Shown here: in pieces, positions 7,242 through 12,140 of the stretch
Numbering within the stretch: the first letter of the stretch is position 1
Layout of the letters: the number at the start of each line of letters is the position of its first letter
DNA from: Gemmatimonadota bacterium
GTDB taxonomy: Bacteria > Gemmatimonadota > Gemmatimonadetes > Gemmatimonadales > GWC2-71-9
Assembly (NCBI GenBank): GCA_036679605.1
Contig: JAZDCZ010000082.1
Coordinates: 1-12,140, forward strand
Reading direction: 5' to 3'
DNA: 12,140 nt
Program-made: the position numbers and the translations under genes
The notes under the pieces: model-generated
What the model saw: only the letters and a program-made list of their open reading frames with translations
Told to the model about the DNA's origin: nothing
Database searches by the model: none

Positions 7242-7483
7242 TCACTGTTTCTGCTTGGTAGGACGTACTATGATCTCGTTCACCGAGACGTCGTCGGGCT
7301 GCTCGATAGCATAGACAATGGCGCGGGCGATTGCCGCCGGTTTGATCGCCATTTCACCGAAACCGGCAACAAAACCACGCACCGCACTTCGGCGCCGCCG
7401 GCGACCAACGAACGGGCAACGGCTTCGCCGATACCGCTGCTCGCGCCGGTCACAATCGCTACGGTCTTCGAAAGCTCGGCCAT
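7242..7483 (-). pseudogene. Short-chain dehydrogenase/reductase (YdfG-like SDR) remnant with a large internal deletion and frameshift
   Basis: ATG 7483 (TGATG overlap with the DUF3617 stop) gives MAELSKTVAIVTGASSGIGEAVARSLVAGGAEV (TGxxxGxG Rossmann motif). Another frame from about 7385 gives AVRGFVAGFGEMAIKPAAIARAIVYAIEQPDDVSVNEIIVRPTKQKQ-stop (7242), a typical SDR C-terminus. The 242-nt span is not a multiple of 3 and has no YxxxK core. Confidence 0.88.
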
Positions 7484-7914
7484 CAGGGACAATCCCCCAA
7501 GCGCTTTCCGTCCCATTCCATATGCATCGTCATGGCTTGGCCGATCATGTTCATCGTATTGGTCATCGCCCCCTTCGCGGTGGTATCGGTCACCGTCATA
7601 TGTCCTTCGGCGATCGAAGAACCCATGGGGCCCGGGCAGTTCATCTTCCAACGCATAGTGTCGTCGCTGACGTCGAGGTCGGTCAACGTACAACCGTTGC
7701 CGTCCTTGACGAGACTTTCGGGGGTAAACTCTTCCTCCCTCATGCACGTTTCAGTGACAGTCTCTCTCGGTTCGGCCAGCATGGGCATCTTCATGGTGTT
7801 CTTCATTCGCCACAGGCCCGGATTGAGCTTGAGCCCTTCCGCGCGCAACAACGAAGGAGCGCACAGGCTCAAGGTAGTTCCGACGACGACGACAAAAACT
7901 ATCGTACGGCTCAT
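7483..7914 (-). CDS. DUF3617-family exported protein (alternative start GTG 7923)
   Basis: Signal peptide, then LNPGLWRMK (PGLW motif), TC..., C.....,  WKMNC and terminal GKRLGDCP, the usual four-Cys pattern of DUF3617; very Met-rich; GAGG precedes ATG 7914. Confidence 0.8.
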   Translation of the reverse strand: MSRTIVFVVVVGTTLSLCAPSLLRAEGLKLNPGLWRMKNTMKMPMLAEPRETVTETCMREEEFTPESLVKDGNGCTLTDLDVSDDTMRWKMNCPGPMGSSIAEGHMTVTDTTAKGAMTNTMNMIGQAMTMHMEWDGKRLGDCP

Positions 7915-7922
7915 GACCCTCA

Positions 7923-8417
7923 CTAGTCTCTCCTTTCGACCGGCTGCGGTATCGCTCCGTCCGGGTTTTCGTCCTGTTCAACAACCGTTAGCGGGTGCCC
8001 GTCGCCGCGCGTCCGCTGCCCGAGCTGTTCGAGTCCGACTACTATATCTCGACGCGCAGCCATCGCATTCAGGAACGGACGCTTACGCAGCGGTGCAACT
8101 TCTTCGGTCGTGTACTGACGGAACCGCGCCCGACCGAACCGAGTAATAGTCCAGTTCAACAGCGCGGCAAGCCGTCGGTCGGAGAGTCCGGCATGGGCGA
8201 CTCCGGGGACCCGGATCAAGTAAGCTCTGCCCTCGGGAGAGGCCAGAAAGCGGTCGATGCCTACGAGAGGAGGCACGCGCCCGGGGGAACCGAAACCATC
8301 GGCCTGGTGACAACCCATACAATTGAGCATGTAATCCTGTTCGGGCGATGCCGCCGGCGCGGCCGTCGCGACAAACGCAACGATCAGCACGGCGAGTAGA
8401 GCAAACAGGGGTTTCAC
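7923..8417 (-). CDS. Monoheme cytochrome c associated with the amine dehydrogenase cluster
   Basis: Signal peptide; YMLNCMGCH; VPPL...FL..PEGRAYLIRVPGV; LSDRRLAALLNW; GTGA overlap with the light-chain stop at 8414-8417. Confidence 0.88.
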   Translation of the reverse strand: MKPLFALLAVLIVAFVATAAPAASPEQDYMLNCMGCHQADGFGSPGRVPPLVGIDRFLASPEGRAYLIRVPGVAHAGLSDRRLAALLNWTITRFGRARFRQYTTEEVAPLRKRPFLNAMAARRDIVVGLEQLGQRTRGDGHPLTVVEQDENPDGAIPQPVERRD

Positions 8418-8992
8418 TTCTCCGCTTGCGCCTCAACCGCGACTCCCAGGACAATGGCTGTGGAACAATGATATATCTGAGAAGACGCGCCCATACACCA
8501 GTTTATATCGTTACTCCGGAACGGATAGTAGATGGGGCGGTCGCCTTCGTTGCGATTACAGAAACAACGCCCACAGAAACTACGACCGCAACAATCATTA
8601 TAGGAAACGATATAGTCCTTGCCGTCGGCAGGATTGTGGCAGGTGCCGATCCACGTCACCGGCGACATCTCCGTACCCGGCGGACAGGCCGTGTGACTAC
8701 CGCCGCAGCAACTGCACAAAAACCCGTCGATCGCACAATGCCGCCAGTACTGACAACTGCTCGGATTCCCCTCAGGCCCTTCCATGCCTTCCTCGGGCGG
8801 AGACTGCCGCGACCGAGATCCCGCCGACTCCGCTGAAACAGTATCGTCAGCTACGGCACGCGAAACAGGCAAAAGCGGTAGTGCTGCGGCCCCCACTAAG
8901 AGCCGCCCCAAACGTGTAACAAAACTGCGACGCGAAGTCCGCCGGGCCACTTCTCGCGCCGAGACTTCAACCCAACTATCGAATCTGCTCAT
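8414..8992 (-). CDS. mauA: TTQ amine dehydrogenase light (small) chain, aromatic amine dehydrogenase (AauA)-like
   Basis: Tat signal SRRSFV; CQYWRHCAIDGFLCSCCGG; TTQ-forming Trp pair in VTWIGTC and NDINWCM; catalytic Asp in YNDCCG; 14 Cys in the mature part. Confidence 0.96.
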   Translation of the reverse strand: MSRFDSWVEVSAREVARRTSRRSFVTRLGRLLVGAAALPLLPVSRAVADDTVSAESAGSRSRQSPPEEGMEGPEGNPSSCQYWRHCAIDGFLCSCCGGSHTACPPGTEMSPVTWIGTCHNPADGKDYIVSYNDCCGRSFCGRCFCNRNEGDRPIYYPFRSNDINWCMGASSQIYHCSTAIVLGVAVEAQAEK

Positions 8993-9621
8993 CGCGTACT
9001 CCGTCCGGTGGCTTCGACCGAGTCGCGGCTCTTTCCGGCAAGATAATCCTGGATCGAAGCGACGCCCTCTGCATGTGCCTCGAAAAGGCTTTCCAAGTGC
9101 TCCCTGGTATTGACGAGACCTTTGGCCCGGACGATGCCTTCCGCATCAATGAGCACGGCGAACGGAAGCTGACCTACTTGGTAGGTCAACCCCAACTCGG
9201 CCGACAATACATAAGGAAAGCTCTCGAGCCCCTGTTCACGAACGAACCTGTCGTGGCCCGAAGCTGCAGCGTCGCTGGCAAACACGAGCCGAAGCCGGCG
9301 GTCCTCGTCCTCGGCTACGCGTTTCAAGGTCGGCAACAAGCTCTTACATACGGGACAGCTCGGCGACAAGAAAAAGATCAACGTCCGCCGACCTCCGATT
9401 TCCTTGCCGCCTATACGAACGGGAACCCCGGCAAGATCTGCTACTGTTCGTTCCGGAGCGGCCTCTCCCACGTTCGGACCCGCACTGGTCGCCAACGCCC
9501 CGACCGGGGCGACGCGCTCGTGAAGAACGCCGATCTGACGCGCAAGAGCAAACACTACTAAAGCCAAAACGAGCACGACCGCCCACAAAACAATGGTCGA
9601 TGCCAATAGCGCCCCCATCAT
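8989..9621 (-). CDS. mauD: Methylamine utilisation protein MauD (thioredoxin-like)
   Basis: Start ATG 9621 (ATGA overlap with the mauE stop, GGAG upstream); LARQIGVLHERVAPVGAL, CPVCKSLLP, KGLVNTREHLESL. Confidence 0.95.
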   Translation of the reverse strand: MMGALLASTIVLWAVVLVLALVVFALARQIGVLHERVAPVGALATSAGPNVGEAAPERTVADLAGVPVRIGGKEIGGRRTLIFFLSPSCPVCKSLLPTLKRVAEDEDRRLRLVFASDAAASGHDRFVREQGLESFPYVLSAELGLTYQVGQLPFAVLIDAEGIVRAKGLVNTREHLESLFEAHAEGVASIQDYLAGKSRDSVEATGRSTR

Positions 9622-10184
9622 GCACGTTCTCCGGTCGTCGACATCGACCTCGGCCTTCGATTCTTTTGATGTGCCGACCATTCGGTGATCAGCCGGTTGG
9701 CGGCCCCGTAGAGCAAAGCCAAAGTCACAACACCTATCGCCACCGTGTAGGCATCCATTGGCCCCAACGGTCGGGGTCGCAACGGCAGAGCTAGCAAGAC
9801 CGCTACCGACAACAAGACCCAGTTGCGCAGTACGAGCCACCACGAGATCAATTGCTTGTGCATCGCCCCACTACACCCGCAACCTATATCGCGACGCCCA
9901 CGTAGAAGATTCATTACGATCGCCACGCTATAGCAAGCGAGCAACAAAACGGCTGCTTCAGCAGTCGCAACTCTATGCACGTTCAATAGCAAGCTCATCG
10001 CAAGAAACGCTTCGAAGGCGATAAGGGACCTCGCAGCAAGCCCGACCGCTCGTTCGGGAAGCAGGCGGTAATCGAGCATGATGAGCCGAAAACTCTCGAA
10101 GTCCCCGAGCTTGTGGTACGCGGCTGTCGCAAACAATAGCGCCAGCGAGCATCGAACGACGATATCCACGACCGGATCGATCAC
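9618..10184 (-). CDS. mauE: Methylamine utilisation membrane protein MauE
   Basis: Several TM helices; F...A.HKL.D...F.....DY.LLP; NLLRGRRDIGCGC; ISWWLVLRN; lies between mauB and mauD. Confidence 0.93.
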   Translation of the reverse strand: MIDPVVDIVVRCSLALLFATAAYHKLGDFESFRLIMLDYRLLPERAVGLAARSLIAFEAFLAMSLLLNVHRVATAEAAVLLLACYSVAIVMNLLRGRRDIGCGCSGAMHKQLISWWLVLRNWVLLSVAVLLALPLRPRPLGPMDAYTVAIGVVTLALLYGAANRLITEWSAHQKNRRPRSMSTTGERA

Positions 10185-11473
10185 GGCAACACCAAGCGTC
10201 CCCCGGCAACACCGGTGGTTTTTATGTCGCGCAGATGGTCGCCGCTGAGTGCATCGAACACGGCCACCGCTCCGAGTTGCGCGTTTCCAAGGATCAAAAC
10301 CGGCTCGGAATCCTGGGTAGCAACGATGCTATCGGCGCCGGGGTTGGGAACAATCCAGTTTGCCACCCTGACCGCCATCTTCTCGACGAGCCCTCCGCTC
10401 TTGCCGCTTCCGTCGTCAAGGTAGCCTTGGAGAAACGCAACGAGGAGATTGCTCACCTTCATGCGGCTGATGCGAATGTGCCGCTTCAAGTCGTATACCC
10501 ACACTTCGCTACCGGGCAGTTTGTGACTGCCGGGGCCACCCTTATGAACCAGAGAGTACAGGTATTTGCGCGGCGTATAGGCGGCCAGATGCTGGGTGCC
10601 GCCGATCCTCCATCCCTCCGAACGCTGGGCGGGAGAAAATAACGACCAAGGCTCCCTCGGTTTCGGTATTCGGCCGGAAAAATCTACTTCGTGCAACTGT
10701 CCTTCGAAGGTGACGAAGAACCACGATTTGTCTATGCGTACGGCCTTCTCTGTCACCGGATTATCGGTTGCATCAAAAAACCGGGCGCTCTCCACCCTCT
10801 CGACTTCGTGCCCATTGTCGTCGAGGGTAATCACTAGGACTTTGCCGTCTCCGCAAAGCATGGCGAAGCGTCGAGCACCCACGGCGTACACGAGTGCGCA
10901 GCCCGGAGTATCTATCTCCCCTACGAATCGACGCGATTCAAGATCGACGACCGATACCGATGTCGCAGGCGTCTGATTGAACACCAGGAAGAACCGCTCT
11001 TCGTCGAGAAGAGTCGACAGTGCCATGCCATGCCCGACATCGGCTCGCTTGGCCGGCACCTCTACGTCACCTAAAGCCTTGAGGGTAGTCGAATCATAGA
11101 TGGTTACGATATCACTGCGCACACCTCGGTGGCCGCGCGAGTAGACGCTCTCGACTGTGTAGAACTCTCGACGCTGCGACGAAGTCAACGGCACAAGACC
11201 GGCGACACCGTAACCGCCATCTACCATGCCCAGCATGCGCGCGCTGTCGGCGTCGAACAAGGCGCTACGCCGAAGTATGAGATCACCGACCCATACCCAG
11301 TGATCGCCGCGCGGCTCGGGAAGAGTGAGGACACGCTCAGAGGCCGCAATATCGACCTGCGCACTCGCAAGACAGGACAGCAACAACAGAATCGCAGGCA
11401 CCGCGACCAGGGTCACCGAGTACAACAACCGGCGATTCAGCTTCGTACATTTTCCCCTTTGCATGACCGGCAC
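10181..11473 (-). CDS. mauB: TTQ amine dehydrogenase heavy (large) chain, beta-propeller (start uncertain: GTG 11473 or ATG 11464)
   Basis: Signal peptide (CLASA|Q); YSRGHRGVRSD, FNQTPATSVSVVDL, GEIDTPGC, GWRIGGTQ, HKLPGSEVWVYD; first gene of the BEDA order. Confidence 0.94.
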   Translation of the reverse strand: MPVMQRGKCTKLNRRLLYSVTLVAVPAILLLLSCLASAQVDIAASERVLTLPEPRGDHWVWVGDLILRRSALFDADSARMLGMVDGGYGVAGLVPLTSSQRREFYTVESVYSRGHRGVRSDIVTIYDSTTLKALGDVEVPAKRADVGHGMALSTLLDEERFFLVFNQTPATSVSVVDLESRRFVGEIDTPGCALVYAVGARRFAMLCGDGKVLVITLDDNGHEVERVESARFFDATDNPVTEKAVRIDKSWFFVTFEGQLHEVDFSGRIPKPREPWSLFSPAQRSEGWRIGGTQHLAAYTPRKYLYSLVHKGGPGSHKLPGSEVWVYDLKRHIRISRMKVSNLLVAFLQGYLDDGSGKSGGLVEKMAVRVANWIVPNPGADSIVATQDSEPVLILGNAQLGAVAVFDALSGDHLRDIKTTGVAGGRLVLP

Positions 11474-11497
11474 TCAAGCACCGTGCTGAGGTTCTTT

Positions 11498-11552
11498 CAA
11501 GCTACCTGCAAGCTACCTGCAAGCTACCTGCAACATCCCTGCAACTTACTCG
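11498..11552. repeat. 11-bp tandem direct repeat array (CAAGCTACCTG x3 plus two degenerate copies)
   Basis: Exact copies at 11498-11508, 11509-11519 and 11520-11530; CAACATCCCTG at 11531-11541; CAACTTACTCG at 11542-11552. Confidence 0.92.
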
Positions 11553-11634
11553 CAGCGATACCTCTCAAAGCGCCTGGGTTCACCTTGGCGCCCCGACCCG
11601 TTTCAACCTATGCTAAGATCTATTGCGATTCACG

Positions 11635-12140
11635 ATGTCGCCCGAACTCGAATCACTCGAAAGCCTTGCTAATCGGCCACGCTACCGAAGGGGTCAGACC
11701 ACCGGCCATTACGAGAGCTACTTCCAGCGAGCCAACCATCCGCTTCGTCCCCTGGCTTTTTGGATCCGATACACGGTGTTTAGTCCTGAGGGGCGTCCGC
11801 AAGACGCCATCGGTGAGTTATGGGCGGTCTATTTCGACGGTGAAGCGGGAGAGATAACGGCGGCGAAAAGCGAGGTGCCAATAGACCAATGCAAACTCGA
11901 AGACGGTGACCTACGCGTGACCATAGGGGAGGCCCAGCTGCTTTCAGGACGTCTGCGTGGCAGCGCACGCTCCAGCTCCGGCACGATTGACTGGAACCTT
12001 GTGTTCGGTGGCAATCAACTACCCCTACTCGACCTGCCCGAGCGACTCTATGACACGAGGCTACCTAGGGCCAAGGCCCTCGTGGCCAACCCTTTATGCA
12101 CCTACGATGGCACGATCGTAGTCAACGGCAGCGTGAAAAC
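11635..12140 (+). CDS. Conserved hypothetical protein, possibly tocopherol-cyclase/AttH-like fold; partial, runs off the right edge
   Basis: Manual translation from ATG 11635 is open to the end: MSPELESLESLANRPRYRRGQTTGHYESYFQRANHPLRPLAFWIRYTVFSP...GELWAVYFD...IDWNL...LPERLY..RLPRAKALV.NP...YDG. In-frame TAA at 11614 bounds it upstream. Not in the ORF track. The fold is inferred. Confidence 0.8.
   Translation, partial: MSPELESLESLANRPRYRRGQTTGHYESYFQRANHPLRPLAFWIRYTVFSPEGRPQDAIGELWAVYFDGEAGEITAAKSEVPIDQCKLEDGDLRVTIGEAQLLSGRLRGSARSSSGTIDWNLVFGGNQLPLLDLPERLYDTRLPRAKALVANPLCTYDGTIVVNGSVK

Noticed and set aside
7280..7747. 155-aa ORF containing a Rossmann motif, as an intact gene
   Set aside because: Its first part is an alternative frame of the DUF3617 gene and its tail is the wrong frame of the SDR C-terminus; the SDR pseudogene explains it.
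7923..8417. Cytochrome c as MauG
   Set aside because: MauG is a much larger diheme peroxidase-like protein; this one is 164 aa with one CxxCH.
9622..9843. 74-aa N-terminal extension of MauD in the 284-aa ORF 8989..9843
   Set aside because: It overlaps mauE in another frame; ATG 9621 has an RBS, an ATGA coupling and a typical MauD N-terminus.
11338..11451. Short out-of-frame minus-strand ORF starting at the ATG after AGGGG inside the mauB signal region
   Set aside because: The RBS-to-ATG spacing is only 3 nt and the peptide is featureless; the mauB frame is intact with a good signal peptide, so no frameshift needs to be invoked.
11498..11552. Repeat array as a CRISPR or iteron origin
   Set aside because: Units are 11 bp, contiguous and spacer-less, and no cas or rep gene is in view.
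11129..11857. 242-aa plus-strand ORF spanning the mauB start and the repeat array
   Set aside because: Antisense to mauB and out of frame with the better supported ORF starting at 11635; no protein-like features.

Overview
GC-rich bacterial DNA from a diderm organism, dominated by two minus-strand redox operons. (1) 6294-><1 is a six-gene, largely translationally coupled operon: an MtrA/DmsE-like multiheme cytochrome with only 8 heme sites and a lipobox, an MtrB/PioB-like outer-membrane beta-barrel, a monoheme cytochrome c, a Tat Rieske protein, an unsplit cytochrome b (PEWY), and a multiheme cytochrome c with at least 7 CxxCH that runs off the left edge and is absent from the supplied ORF track. 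It reads as a porin-cytochrome conduit co-encoded with its own Rieske/cytochrome b complex. (2) 11473->7242 is a TTQ amine dehydrogenase cluster (mau/aau BEDA; the light chain resembles aromatic amine dehydrogenase) with no mauG, mauF or cupredoxin, followed by an atypical cytochrome c, a DUF3617 protein and an internally deleted SDR pseudogene. Between the operons is an F420-dependent Ddn-family reductase, divergent from operon 1. A conserved hypothetical gene runs off the right edge. An 11-bp tandem repeat array lies just upstream of mauB, and palindromes with Fur-like half-sites lie upstream of the conduit operon. All family assignments come from motif recognition, not database searches.
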